A stretch of DNA of 64,000 nt, taken from a virus (taxonomy: Duplodnaviria > Caudoviricetes). The DNA lies in IMG/VR virus record IMGVR_UViG_3300020050_012045, positions 1-64,000 of that record; one strand, given 5' to 3'. Below are positions 18,270 through 27,598 of the stretch, one piece after another. Under the pieces are notes generated by a model, which saw only the letters and a program-made list of their open reading frames with translations, had not been told where the DNA came from and made no database searches. Within the stretch, counting starts at the first letter, position 1. Each line of letters starts with the position of its first letter. The position numbers were made by a program, and so were the translations under genes.

Positions 18270-19289
18270 ATGTCTACTGAAGAAAACATCCGCAAGCTTG
18301 TCAAGGATAATGGTATCTCCCATTGGGAGACTAGCAATAGCTACGTCTTCACCTGTCCCAGATGCAACAAGTCCGACAAGCTCTGGATGTACAAAACCAG
18401 CGGTTATTTTAAGTGCTGGGTATGCGCTGAGAACAGCAACTACAGGGGCAAGCCAGAGTATGCTTTCTGTGACCTACTAAACCAGCCGATAACTCTCATC
18501 CGCCAGGCTATCTATGGAGCAACAGACGGTCCGCTTCAAAGACTCACCATTGAGCTAAAAGATCATTGGGGCGACAGAGACGAGGACGCCGAAGAGGTAT
18601 TCTGGGTTGAACAACAAAGAACTTCTTTTGAGTGGCCCCCTGACTACGTCGACTGGCAGGATCCATGTTTTAAGAAAGCTCTGGAATACCTTGAGTCTCG
18701 TGGATTGACCATTGAAACCGTCAAAAAGTATGACATCCGATTTGCGGTACCTGAAAACCGGGTGGTGTTTCCGTACGTACTGAATGGCGTATTGGTCGGG
18801 TGGCAAGGGCGTTGGTGTGGAAAAGCTGAGGTTGTCGACCTGGACACTGGCGAGATTCGCTCAATCCCTAAAGCGCTAACTACAGCTCAGGATGACGTTA
18901 TCAAAAACAACGTTATGTTTAGTTCAAACCTAGATGTTGTCGATCACTGCGTACTGGCCGAAGGTCCACTAGACGCTCTGAAGTGCGAGCTGGCTGGTGG
19001 TAATGTTGCGGCTCTAGGCAAGGGCGTATCAGATAGCCAGATAGAGTGGATTGGAGCCAGAGTCAGCAAGCTATACCTGGCCCTAGACCTTGATGCTGCT
19101 GCTGAAATGGCACGAATCAAGAAGATCGCCTACAAAATCGGGCTAGAGGTCTATCTGATGACTCCTCCTAATCACAGAGAGGACTTCGGCGACTGCACGT
19201 TCGAGGAAGCTTATGAGTCGTTCAAGTCGGCTCAGAAGATTAGGGCTGGGCATTTATTGGTAAGCCTAGGCAAGAGAATGGTGTACTAG
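18270..19289 (+). CDS. DNA primase (DnaG/TOPRIM type)
   Basis: Zn finger CPRC..CWVC, YLESRG, RVVFP, EGPLDA, LALDLD. Confidence 0.88.
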   Translation: MSTEENIRKLVKDNGISHWETSNSYVFTCPRCNKSDKLWMYKTSGYFKCWVCAENSNYRGKPEYAFCDLLNQPITLIRQAIYGATDGPLQRLTIELKDHWGDRDEDAEEVFWVEQQRTSFEWPPDYVDWQDPCFKKALEYLESRGLTIETVKKYDIRFAVPENRVVFPYVLNGVLVGWQGRWCGKAEVVDLDTGEIRSIPKALTTAQDDVIKNNVMFSSNLDVVDHCVLAEGPLDALKCELAGGNVAALGKGVSDSQIEWIGARVSKLYLALDLDAAAEMARIKKIAYKIGLEVYLMTPPNHREDFGDCTFEEAYESFKSAQKIRAGHLLVSLGKRMVY

Positions 19290-19963
19290 CAGTATTCGTT
19301 TTCGTACCGACCTTCAGTAGCGCTAGACGTCAGACGCTGACTAGTGTCAGCAACACACCGTACCGATTTCTTAATCACCTTGTGAGCATTCTCGTTCATT
19401 CGCTGTTTCATAAAGCGGTGAAGGTTACGGCCATCTGTCAGGTCATCCCCAGTCATGTATTTGTGCAAAAACGTACACAAGTGAACCAAAGCAATAGATT
19501 TGAAGTCGCCTTGTTCATATCCAAACGAATTTAGGTGTCGAGCATAGCGGTTATAAGCTGCACAGGCGTGTTGGTCGGCCACCTTGCGCCACTTAAGCAA
19601 AAGTTCATTGGATGGATTGGGCGAGTTCTTGAACGTCTTCTCTCGAAACAAGATCGCCTCAAAGTTATCGGTGATGTTAGATCGCTTAATAGAGCCCTTG
19701 CGAACCTCAATCTGGATGTTGGCATCCACTTGAGCGTACTGAAGAAATTTGTTGATGGCTACTTGGAGTCGGGTTAGCTTGTTAGACCTGAGGTCAGAAA
19801 TGTCGATTTGTCGAGTGATATCATCGTACCCAGCACCTAACACAATTACTCTTTGGTTGACGAGAACATCGGCCCCACGTAAGCTTGCCTCGACGGAGCT
19901 ATTCTTGAGATACGATAACAGAACATTCGCGGCCTGAAGTTTCTCGGTCGTAAAGCGATCCAT
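19286..19963 (-). CDS. Putative sigma region-2-like transcription factor
   Basis: SD AGGAG; C-half LLKWRKVA..A..Y....GYEQGDFKSIALVHL..F...Y....FMKQR resembles sigma region 2; no region 4. Confidence 0.5.
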   Translation of the reverse strand: MDRFTTEKLQAANVLLSYLKNSSVEASLRGADVLVNQRVIVLGAGYDDITRQIDISDLRSNKLTRLQVAINKFLQYAQVDANIQIEVRKGSIKRSNITDNFEAILFREKTFKNSPNPSNELLLKWRKVADQHACAAYNRYARHLNSFGYEQGDFKSIALVHLCTFLHKYMTGDDLTDGRNLHRFMKQRMNENAHKVIKKSVRCVADTSQRLTSSATEGRYENEYC

Positions 19964-19980
19964 GCGTACTCCTGCTTAAA

Positions 19981-21633
19981 TTGTTCATAGGATGTCACAT
20001 AAATGAATCGGATTCAAACATTTTGAAAAAGCAGACTGACTATAAACAATTTTTCAACGAGTCGGCAATACCATTTGCGGACCATAAGCAGTCAGCCTTT
20101 CTTGGCTACCTGTTTGACAATAACAACGGATTGTTCAAGCATTACGCAGTGCTGATGGAAAAAACGTGGTTCAGCGATCCTGACCATGGGACCATTTTTG
20201 AACTAATATCCGAATACTACAAGACGTACAAAAAAGTTCACTCCCACGAGGAGATTAAGAACAGTTCACGTCTGGCGGTTAAGGACAACGATACTCAGCG
20301 GCGTATTCGCGGTAAGATCGATGCAGCGATCATCAATCGCTCGCAGTACGGAATGCAGGGGCTAGTTGACGAGCTAAACGACTGGAAGAACGCCAAAATC
20401 CTCGAAAAGACGATTACCGAATCGTCAAAATTGTTCAATGCCGGTAACTTCTCTGGTTCGACCGAGCTGTTCCAAGAAGCCATCAAAATCTACAACGATA
20501 CAACGTTTGCTAACTCAGACGTTGCGAAGCTGTCTGACTTCGGTAGCCTGATTGACTCACTGTCAGGGAAGAACTCGGTTCAATTCGGGCTTCCAATGAT
20601 GGACCGCCACCTGGCCCCAGATAATCCAACTGGTGGCTTGATGTCAGAGATGACGACGTTGTTTATTGGTGGATCGAACGCTGGTAAAACTACGTCAATG
20701 GTAACGTGTGCCATTATCAACGCAATCGCCCAACACCGTGTTCTGCTGATTTCACTAGAAGACTCCTCCTCACAGCTCCGAACTAAGATGTTCCGGTGTG
20801 CTTTGGGGATGGTGACAGTAGCCGATATTCAGCGAATCTACCAACTTGACGAAGTATCAGGTAAGCGTATGTGGGACATGCTTCGCCAAGCTGGTTCCAC
20901 ACCTAACGAGCTGATGCGTCACATGGCGAGCCCTAAGTACGCCAGTGCATTGCAAAAGTTCGCTGACTACTTCGATGATTACATTGAATATATGCCGTAC
21001 AACCGTCCGGGGATGGAAGTCGAACAACTCACCCCGCTAATCGAACGTCGCCAGGACGCTATGGTCGACCGTACAGGCAAGGGTTTCCAGCTTCTGGTGT
21101 GCGACTACCCCGCCCTGTTGACAACCTCCAGGGCATCTAAGGGGCGGATGGACCACCGGCACATCCTTGATACGGTATACGGGCACTTCACCCAACTAGC
21201 CATCCAACATAAATGGCACTCATTGGTCGCTATTCAGGCTAACCGAAACGGAGCCAAGCTCGGAAACCGAACCCACCAGGACGAAGACCGTCTGCTGGAA
21301 ATGACCGATGCCGCTGAAGCCTGGGGGCCGATTACCACTGCATCTACCGTTATCACGATTAACCGTCCACCAGACGCTCAGGCAGGGAACAGAACCTTGT
21401 ATAAACTGTGCAAGTCGCGTCAATCGCGTGTCGGATTGATTGTGGCGGCTACTAGCAATTATGACCGATTCATCGCTTACGGGAATACGTCTGAGTTCGG
21501 CTGCGTGTCGTATTATGGCAACCAGGACAACACACGGATCCTGGAAGACAAGCTGATGCCAGGAATTCACCGAGAACTAGGAATTTCTGAGCAATTAGGC
21601 GTATTTGGAGCAGAAGATGAAAAGGCCGATTAA
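19981..21633 (+). CDS. DnaB/gp41-like replicative helicase
   Basis: GGSNAGKTT, ISLED, VCDY, QANR, KSR; start uncertain (TTG 19981 or 20023). Confidence 0.88.
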   Translation: MFIGCHINESDSNILKKQTDYKQFFNESAIPFADHKQSAFLGYLFDNNNGLFKHYAVLMEKTWFSDPDHGTIFELISEYYKTYKKVHSHEEIKNSSRLAVKDNDTQRRIRGKIDAAIINRSQYGMQGLVDELNDWKNAKILEKTITESSKLFNAGNFSGSTELFQEAIKIYNDTTFANSDVAKLSDFGSLIDSLSGKNSVQFGLPMMDRHLAPDNPTGGLMSEMTTLFIGGSNAGKTTSMVTCAIINAIAQHRVLLISLEDSSSQLRTKMFRCALGMVTVADIQRIYQLDEVSGKRMWDMLRQAGSTPNELMRHMASPKYASALQKFADYFDDYIEYMPYNRPGMEVEQLTPLIERRQDAMVDRTGKGFQLLVCDYPALLTTSRASKGRMDHRHILDTVYGHFTQLAIQHKWHSLVAIQANRNGAKLGNRTHQDEDRLLEMTDAAEAWGPITTASTVITINRPPDAQAGNRTLYKLCKSRQSRVGLIVAATSNYDRFIAYGNTSEFGCVSYYGNQDNTRILEDKLMPGIHRELGISEQLGVFGAEDEKAD

Positions 21634-22150
21634 GAAAAAGAGCCAATTAAAACAACTGGAACAGCACATTTGGATTGCTGGCGAAATCAATTATGAGTTG
21701 GCAAAAGCATTCTTCGCCACCTTGGCAGAATGCAGGCCGGGTGTAAAGTTGGTCGCCAATATCTGTTCGGGCGGTGGGGATGTCGAAGTTGGGTACGCGA
21801 TCCATGACGCATTACGAACCTGGCCCTGGGGATGCACCACGGTTGGCTTTGGTATGGTTGGGTCAATAGCAGCTGTTATTTTTTGTGCGGGCGAAGAGCG
21901 TCTTTTGTCACCTAATACCATGATTTTGATTCACCCAATGTCCGCTGAGTTCGGTGGGACTGTCCGCCAGATTGGGCAGACCTACGATAGCCTCAGAAAA
22001 GCCCATGAACGTATGGTCGGAATTATCGGTGCACGCTGCCTGAGCCCTGGAATCGTAGCTAGTTGGGCAGACGATGAAACCTACCTCACCCCCGAAGTAT
22101 CCCTAGAATGCGGACTGGCTACTGGAATTATACAATTCTCAAATAAGTGA
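21617..22150 (+). CDS. clpP: ClpP-like protease
   Basis: CSGGGDV, GMVGSIAA (Ser), ILIHP (His), DETYL, GLAT; SD GGAG before ATG 21617. Confidence 0.85.
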   Translation: MKRPIKKKSQLKQLEQHIWIAGEINYELAKAFFATLAECRPGVKLVANICSGGGDVEVGYAIHDALRTWPWGCTTVGFGMVGSIAAVIFCAGEERLLSPNTMILIHPMSAEFGGTVRQIGQTYDSLRKAHERMVGIIGARCLSPGIVASWADDETYLTPEVSLECGLATGIIQFSNK

Positions 22151-22186
22151 TTGACACCTAACCCTACATTAAGGCATGGATAATAC

Positions 22187-22477
22187 ATGAACTTGCTAAA
22201 TTTGTTCGCGAACGTCTCACCCCTAGTCTTAAAGCACCCCAAGAAGTTCTTTATCGGAGCTTTGATTGGTGACGCTTTGCTAGTGCTTGGAGTGTCGTTG
22301 ATCATCATGAGCTTTCGCGATCCATCAGTAACCTTCTCTGAAGAGGTAGATCCAGCCACGCCGTCAGTCTGGGCATGCCTGTATTCTCCCCAGACTGGGG
22401 ATATGAAATGCTCTAACTTCCTTGGTGTGGTAGTTAAGCTGTTTGGACCAGGGTTAACTGGACAGGGGACAATGTGA
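22187..22477 (+). CDS. membrane protein (one TM helix)
   Basis: FFIGALIGDALLVLGVSLIIM; TTGACA 36 nt upstream. Confidence 0.6.
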   Translation: MNLLNLFANVSPLVLKHPKKFFIGALIGDALLVLGVSLIIMSFRDPSVTFSEEVDPATPSVWACLYSPQTGDMKCSNFLGVVVKLFGPGLTGQGTM

Positions 22478-23106
22478 TTCCAGACTTCATCAAAAACAAC
22501 AAAGTCGCAACCGGGCTGGTAATCTGCCTTCCGTTGGCGTTTGCCGCTGGTAAGTACACAGCAAAAATCGACACCAAGGAAGTGATCAAGACGGTCGAGG
22601 TCACCAAAGACAAGATCGTGGAGGTCAAGGTGACCGAGTATGTCGATCGGGTTGTTGAGAAAGTGGTTTACGTCAAGCGAACCAATATCGACACCAAGAA
22701 AGAGACCACGACAACCAAACTGCCAGACGGAACGGTTACTGTAGTAGTGGTGGAGACTGACAAGTCTAAGACCGAGACAGCGTCTAGTCAGGAGACTACT
22801 AAAGATACTGCTGTGGTGGTCAATGAGGCTAAGCAGACCGATACGTCAAAATCCCTAACCTTGAAGTCTTCCAAGGAGGTCTCGTCACAAGAGCCTCAGT
22901 GGAAGTTTACCGTAAACGCACAGGCGGGCGGTATTTTGGGCACCGAACGTAAGCCCTTAGTTGGGTTCGGATTGTCAGCCGAACGTCGAATCTTGGGGCC
23001 ATTCTGGGTAGGTGTGGTAGCGTCAGTAGACCTAGGTATTGCTCTGACCGGGGTTACAGGGGTACATTCAGTCAAGGGTGGGTTAGTGTTTGGGGTAGAA
23101 CTGTGA
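22474..23106 (+). CDS. membrane-anchored protein with extended linker and C-terminal beta-strands (possible lysis accessory)
   Basis: N-terminal TM, VEV/TK-rich stalk, amphipathic beta C-terminus. Confidence 0.55.
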   Translation: MIPDFIKNNKVATGLVICLPLAFAAGKYTAKIDTKEVIKTVEVTKDKIVEVKVTEYVDRVVEKVVYVKRTNIDTKKETTTTKLPDGTVTVVVVETDKSKTETASSQETTKDTAVVVNEAKQTDTSKSLTLKSSKEVSSQEPQWKFTVNAQAGGILGTERKPLVGFGLSAERRILGPFWVGVVASVDLGIALTGVTGVHSVKGGLVFGVEL

Positions 23107-23375
23107 TTTCGACACGTAAACAACAGCGTCTGTACTACAATTCCTCAACAGATCGCGTCATTGTGACTATCGAGTCCATTCCATGTGTCGTTAGTACACA
23201 GGAGTCTGGGCAAGTTTTCATGAAAATGATGCAGGAAATCCTGGATGACTCTAAAATCCTGAATACGGGAGGAGACTTCCCGTTCGATAAGGCCAGTATT
23301 ATTCACACCGGAGCCTGCTGGCAGTTCAAGTCCGAAACCTTAGTAATCAAAGGGAATCTAAATGGAGCTGTTTAA
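23103..23375 (+). CDS. hypothetical protein
   Basis: Coupled ORF (GTGA overlap). Confidence 0.6.
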   Translation: MISTRKQQRLYYNSSTDRVIVTIESIPCVVSTQESGQVFMKMMQEILDDSKILNTGGDFPFDKASIIHTGACWQFKSETLVIKGNLNGAV

Positions 23376-23955
23376 AAAACTTGAGAAGATGTCCGACAAG
23401 CTGGAACGCAAGCTAAACCCTGGCCGCGAACTGAAGATGGTTCCTGCAACAGATCCAATTTTGAGCCAACGAGCCATTCCGTATACTGGAGATGTGGTTA
23501 CCGATACAGCCCTTCAGCAGTTCGTTGTAGACATGATTTACACAATGAGCAAGCACCGAGCCGCTGGGATTGCAGCTTGCCAGGTTGGCTCGCCATTGGC
23601 TTTGATTTTGGTGTACAGCGAAGAGGGTCCAGTAGTGATGCTGAACCCAGTTATCACAAATTTAAGCGAATCCAAGACGTATGAGCGTGAAGGTTGCTTG
23701 ACGTACCCTGGGCTGTTTGTCTCGTTATGGCGCTCAACTGAGGTTACGGTTCAATACCTGGACCTAGACGGCAAAACACAAACATTGACAGCAGGTGGAC
23801 TGACAGCTCGCGCTATCCAGCATGAAGTAGATCATGTCCAAGGTGTTGTTTTTATTGATAAAATGCCTAAGGTTCAGCGAAGTCAGGTAGGTAAGAAGCT
23901 GGAGCGAGTGCGTCGACGTATCGCTAAGAATGCGAAATCACTTAATCGACAGTAA
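23362..23955 (+). CDS. def: Peptide deformylase
   Basis: AAGIAACQVG, EGCLT.PG, QHEVDH. Confidence 0.95.
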   Translation: MELFKKLEKMSDKLERKLNPGRELKMVPATDPILSQRAIPYTGDVVTDTALQQFVVDMIYTMSKHRAAGIAACQVGSPLALILVYSEEGPVVMLNPVITNLSESKTYEREGCLTYPGLFVSLWRSTEVTVQYLDLDGKTQTLTAGGLTARAIQHEVDHVQGVVFIDKMPKVQRSQVGKKLERVRRRIAKNAKSLNRQ

Positions 23956-24444
23956 CAATTTGACGTTCTTGTTCACACGGTTAGGTACTTGCTTAGCCAT
24001 TGCTGAGTTCATCAGACCGTCAGCCGCTGCCCGCCAGTCACCTTTCTCAAAAGCTTTTAGAGTTTGCTTGAATTTTCTGATTCCAGAATTTCCCAGCTGG
24101 AATCTCATATCAACCAAAATCGCCTTAGCTTCGTCTGGCATGGAGTCAAAACCAGACACAAAATCTAGGTCTTTGATGCAAACTTCAAGCTCTTCCTTAA
24201 GAAGAGCTTCAACTTGTCCATCATTCAGGAGCGGAACTGTTTTAGATTTTCCCGCTTTCTTAGCTTCCTCGATTGCTGCCCAAACCATATCTGGGTTGAC
24301 GCCGACCGCCTTGAGCTTATCGTTTGAGCCTGGTGCCTCCAGGTTGTGGCCAACGGCACACGTCCACAGACCAACCGAGTCCTTGTACGCACAGTACCGT
24401 ACACCCTCGTTTTCCTTCAACATTTTGATTAAATCGATTGCCAT
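23938..24444 (-). CDS. Phage lysozyme/endolysin (GH24, T4-lysozyme-like)
   Basis: ENEG...AYKDSVGLWT..VGH, DMRFQLG, KF, WRAAA..S..AKQVPNR. Confidence 0.9.
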   Translation of the reverse strand: MAIDLIKMLKENEGVRYCAYKDSVGLWTCAVGHNLEAPGSNDKLKAVGVNPDMVWAAIEEAKKAGKSKTVPLLNDGQVEALLKEELEVCIKDLDFVSGFDSMPDEAKAILVDMRFQLGNSGIRKFKQTLKAFEKGDWRAAADGLMNSAMAKQVPNRVNKNVKLLLSIK

Positions 24445-24453
24445 AGTGAAGAA

Positions 24454-24460
24454 AAGATTG
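24454..24460 (-). promoter_or_regulatory. CAATCTT motif (putative late promoter)
   Basis: 9 nt upstream of lysozyme ATG. Confidence 0.7.
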
Positions 24461-24479
24461 TCTTAGCGTGACGATTTGT

Positions 24480-24508
24480 TTGACATCAATACACAGTTCC
24501 TGTATTCG
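24480..24508 (+). promoter_or_regulatory. sigma70-like promoter, leaderless geometry
   Basis: TTGACA-N17-TATTCG-N6-ATG(24515). Confidence 0.65.
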
Positions 24509-24514
24509 TCTCTC

Positions 24515-24961
24515 ATGAAGACGAAAGACTTAGTTGTTGGCGAGATCTACGTAGACAAAGATGGTCGCAACGAATGTGTGGTGGTTGGTGCTGGAGTGAC
24601 CGCAAGACAAGACCGTTACACTGGTCAGATAACGGTGTCGGACATGGATAATGGCAGGGATATCGTGGTTGCGTGTTCGTATCCGTACAACACCTTCGCT
24701 ACGATGGACATTCGCACTCCACAATCGCTGGCCATGACCAAGGCAGAATGGCTGGATTTGCAAGCTCAACAGCGGGCTCGCCAGGCAGAAAAAGAGAAAC
24801 GCCTCGCTGACCGTCAAGCAAAGCAAGACGCTTTAATGCCAGCGGTCAAGGAAGCTCTCGAAGCTGCTGGGGTTGTACTGTATGTTTCCAATTTTGCAGG
24901 AGCACGAATCGACATGGATTTTGAGCAGTTGTGCAAACTTCTGAAAATTGATATGGGGTAG
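24515..24961 (+). CDS. hypothetical early protein
   Basis: ATG 24515 in frame with track ORF. Confidence 0.7.
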   Translation: MKTKDLVVGEIYVDKDGRNECVVVGAGVTARQDRYTGQITVSDMDNGRDIVVACSYPYNTFATMDIRTPQSLAMTKAEWLDLQAQQRARQAEKEKRLADRQAKQDALMPAVKEALEAAGVVLYVSNFAGARIDMDFEQLCKLLKIDMG

Positions 24962-24997
24962 GGTAAATTGAACAAGAAAAAGAAAGAGAACTAGATA

Positions 24998-25174
24998 ATG
25001 TTCGCCATCGAATACAAACACAAAAACGTAACCCGTGAAGAGCCCTGGAAGCCACTTCGTACCTACGTAGCAACAAAGGAAGAGGCTTGCCGCTACGTTC
25101 AGCGGCTGATAAAAATGCACGAACAGGATGGGTGGGAGTTCAGGTGGAAGGCGTACGTGAGAGTCAGTGAGTGA
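24998..25174 (+). CDS. 58-aa hypothetical protein (absent from ORF track)
   Basis: MFAIEYKHKNVTREEPWKPLRTYVATKEEACRYV...; fills the gap up to the tail fibre stop. Confidence 0.55.
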   Translation: MFAIEYKHKNVTREEPWKPLRTYVATKEEACRYVQRLIKMHEQDGWEFRWKAYVRVSE

Positions 25175-25175
25175 C

Positions 25176-27587
25176 TTATTGGTCGCCGATGACCATGAAG
25201 GTTATCTTCAAAGCAGAGGTACTTATAGTTGTGTTAGTGGAGGAATCCCAAAGCACGATAGAGAAGCCGGTAGTTGCCTTTGCTGTTACATAAGAAATAA
25301 TCGGAGCATCAGTGTAAACAAAGACAGCATAGGTAGAAGATGCCATTTGAGAAGCTGCATCGAAAGTGATCACCACCTCAACAGCCGAGGCGCCATCGGC
25401 TGCTGACCATCCACCAAAACCCGCTTGAGAAGTGGGATCACTAGCGCCGGCACCCGTCATCGTTCCCCAGTGCTTAATGAAGCTGGCAACATTAAGAGAG
25501 TTATTGAACGGGACGGTTGGTCCGGCTGGGGCCTGTCCGGCAAATTTAATATTTTCATTCACTTGAATTGAAATGTCGGTATCGGCAGCTCCGTTTGTGC
25601 CCCCGCCTTTGAAGAAAATTCCACCACCGCCAGTTGAGCCGCTGTTTCCGCTAGCCCTTATGCCCCACCCTCCAGTGCCGCCGCCATAAGCTTCAACGCC
25701 GTTACCACTAGTTCGTCCTGTAGCGATCAGTCCGCTGTTAGCGTTATTGGCTGTGGTGTTACCTAGAGTCCCGGCGCTTCCACCGATAGAGCGGATACCT
25801 AACCCACTTGTAGCACCACCAGTAGACGTAAGGCCATCTCCGGTCGCGCCACCAAGGAAGGATCCACCATCAAAGGCGCCAGATCCTTCGCCGTAGATGC
25901 CAACGCCAAAACCCTGGGAAATACCATGGACGCCGTGACTAACCGTTCCACCTGCCGATGAGCCTTCTCCGTACACCCCAACACAATTGGTATTGAGCCC
26001 TCTACCTAAAACCCCACTGTTTCCTACTCCACCGCCATAACCAACAACTCCGGCATAAGCCGATCCGCCCGCTGAATAGCTAGTGTTGCCCAAAACTCCG
26101 AATCCACTGCCGGCGTTCCCCGAAACCCCTACCCCATCTACACCGCTAGCTTGACCAAAGACGCCAATCCCCTCAAGGATGTTGGTTGCGTACCCTTCGA
26201 TTGCGGACGTAGAGGCAGTTGGCGTATTAACCGTCAATCCAACCCCGGAAATTGCGGTGTAGGCTGCTTGTCTGTTTGTATTAAGAGCGACAAATCCAAA
26301 CGCAACGTTAGCGGCACCATCGGACATCACGATCGGAGCAGCTGGAGTAACAGCTGCGTGGCTGAGCTTAACTACACCTAATGTGCCGCCCGCTGTTGCG
26401 CCTGGAGTTGTTACCTGGGTAGCTACGCTGAACGCACGACCAATTTCGTACGAACGATCACGAACATAAATCGAAGTGCCAATGCGGTACGCAAGAACAA
26501 TTCGTGACCCTGGAATAGCTGGAGAAGGTAGATCGTTCAAAAACGCTACAGCTGCAACAATCGGTGTAACAGTGTCTGTGCGATTAACGTCAACATATAG
26601 ACACTGACCATCGCTTAGTGGCAGTGTACCGTCTGTTACGGTGTTGTAGTACCCACCAGAGGCATTCTCGAATGTGACAAACAGGTTAACCCAACTGAGG
26701 TTTGGCAATGTCCAGCTGAAGTTATCCCCGCCGAGCAGAGCGCCTGGTCCTGGGGCGTAAATCACCTTCATGATGTCGCGAGACGTAGGTGAGTACCAAG
26801 ACTCGCCAGACTTAGCTTCCCACAAGACCGAAGTCACCGCATCCATCCACTCTTTCATGGACAGAATTTGCTTGTCGCCACCACTGAACGGATCGTCGTT
26901 ATAAGTTGCAGGGGCGTACGTAATCGGGTTTTCACGACGGTTAGTGTCACGCCAAATGTACGAGCTGATAGCACTTGGAGCGTCGCCACCAGAGCCCAAA
27001 CGGAACATCATTTGGCGGGCGTCAGTAATCGACACCACATTACCGTTGCTGTCAGTCTGAACCTGAGCAACCGGACAGATGTTAGGGGTGAAGCTAAACG
27101 GAGTCACCGAAATATAGATCTTGTAATCCAGTACACGCGCCTGAGGGACTACGCGAGTAGTCTCGGCTTTGGTGTTGGGATCGTAAAACTTCGTTGTGTC
27201 AGCGGTAGTGCTGTCAGCGGTTCGAGTGAAGTCGATACCAACGTAATTGATAGCGGACGAAGTAAACGCCCCACTAACTCGGCTATTCCCTACGTTGAGG
27301 TTTTCAAGTGTCCGGCCAACAGTAACAGGGAGAACCGTCCCCGCCTCTGTTCCGTTATAGTGGAACACTAACCCGTCAGTCACGTTCAGCTGTAACGATG
27401 AGGCTGGATTACCAAACGTTGACGTTACTGGGATGGTAAATCCACGAATAATCAGTGACTCTTCACCGGCCCAAACTTGACCAGCTAGTGTGTCAAAATC
27501 GTTAGCTATTCCAGACTCGATTGCGCGAAGTTGTGGAATATCCAGGCGTTGTTGTCCTATGAAATTCCCGGAACGTTTTATTGCCAT
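25176..27587 (-). CDS. Tail fibre/receptor-binding protein with Gly-rich GVxG repeats
   Basis: 803 aa; baseplate-attachment-like N-terminus, repeated GVxG units; structural block. Confidence 0.7.
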   Translation of the reverse strand: MAIKRSGNFIGQQRLDIPQLRAIESGIANDFDTLAGQVWAGEESLIIRGFTIPVTSTFGNPASSLQLNVTDGLVFHYNGTEAGTVLPVTVGRTLENLNVGNSRVSGAFTSSAINYVGIDFTRTADSTTADTTKFYDPNTKAETTRVVPQARVLDYKIYISVTPFSFTPNICPVAQVQTDSNGNVVSITDARQMMFRLGSGGDAPSAISSYIWRDTNRRENPITYAPATYNDDPFSGGDKQILSMKEWMDAVTSVLWEAKSGESWYSPTSRDIMKVIYAPGPGALLGGDNFSWTLPNLSWVNLFVTFENASGGYYNTVTDGTLPLSDGQCLYVDVNRTDTVTPIVAAVAFLNDLPSPAIPGSRIVLAYRIGTSIYVRDRSYEIGRAFSVATQVTTPGATAGGTLGVVKLSHAAVTPAAPIVMSDGAANVAFGFVALNTNRQAAYTAISGVGLTVNTPTASTSAIEGYATNILEGIGVFGQASGVDGVGVSGNAGSGFGVLGNTSYSAGGSAYAGVVGYGGGVGNSGVLGRGLNTNCVGVYGEGSSAGGTVSHGVHGISQGFGVGIYGEGSGAFDGGSFLGGATGDGLTSTGGATSGLGIRSIGGSAGTLGNTTANNANSGLIATGRTSGNGVEAYGGGTGGWGIRASGNSGSTGGGGIFFKGGGTNGAADTDISIQVNENIKFAGQAPAGPTVPFNNSLNVASFIKHWGTMTGAGASDPTSQAGFGGWSAADGASAVEVVITFDAASQMASSTYAVFVYTDAPIISYVTAKATTGFSIVLWDSSTNTTISTSALKITFMVIGDQ

Positions 27588-27598
27588 TTGCTTTATCC

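Noticed and set aside
20003-20026. 7-codon uORF overlapping a possible TTG start of the helicase
   Set aside because: No convincing promoter geometry; too short to support
25176-27587. Diversity-generating retroelement or invertible tail fibre cassette
   Set aside because: No reverse transcriptase or invertase and no template/variable repeat pair seen
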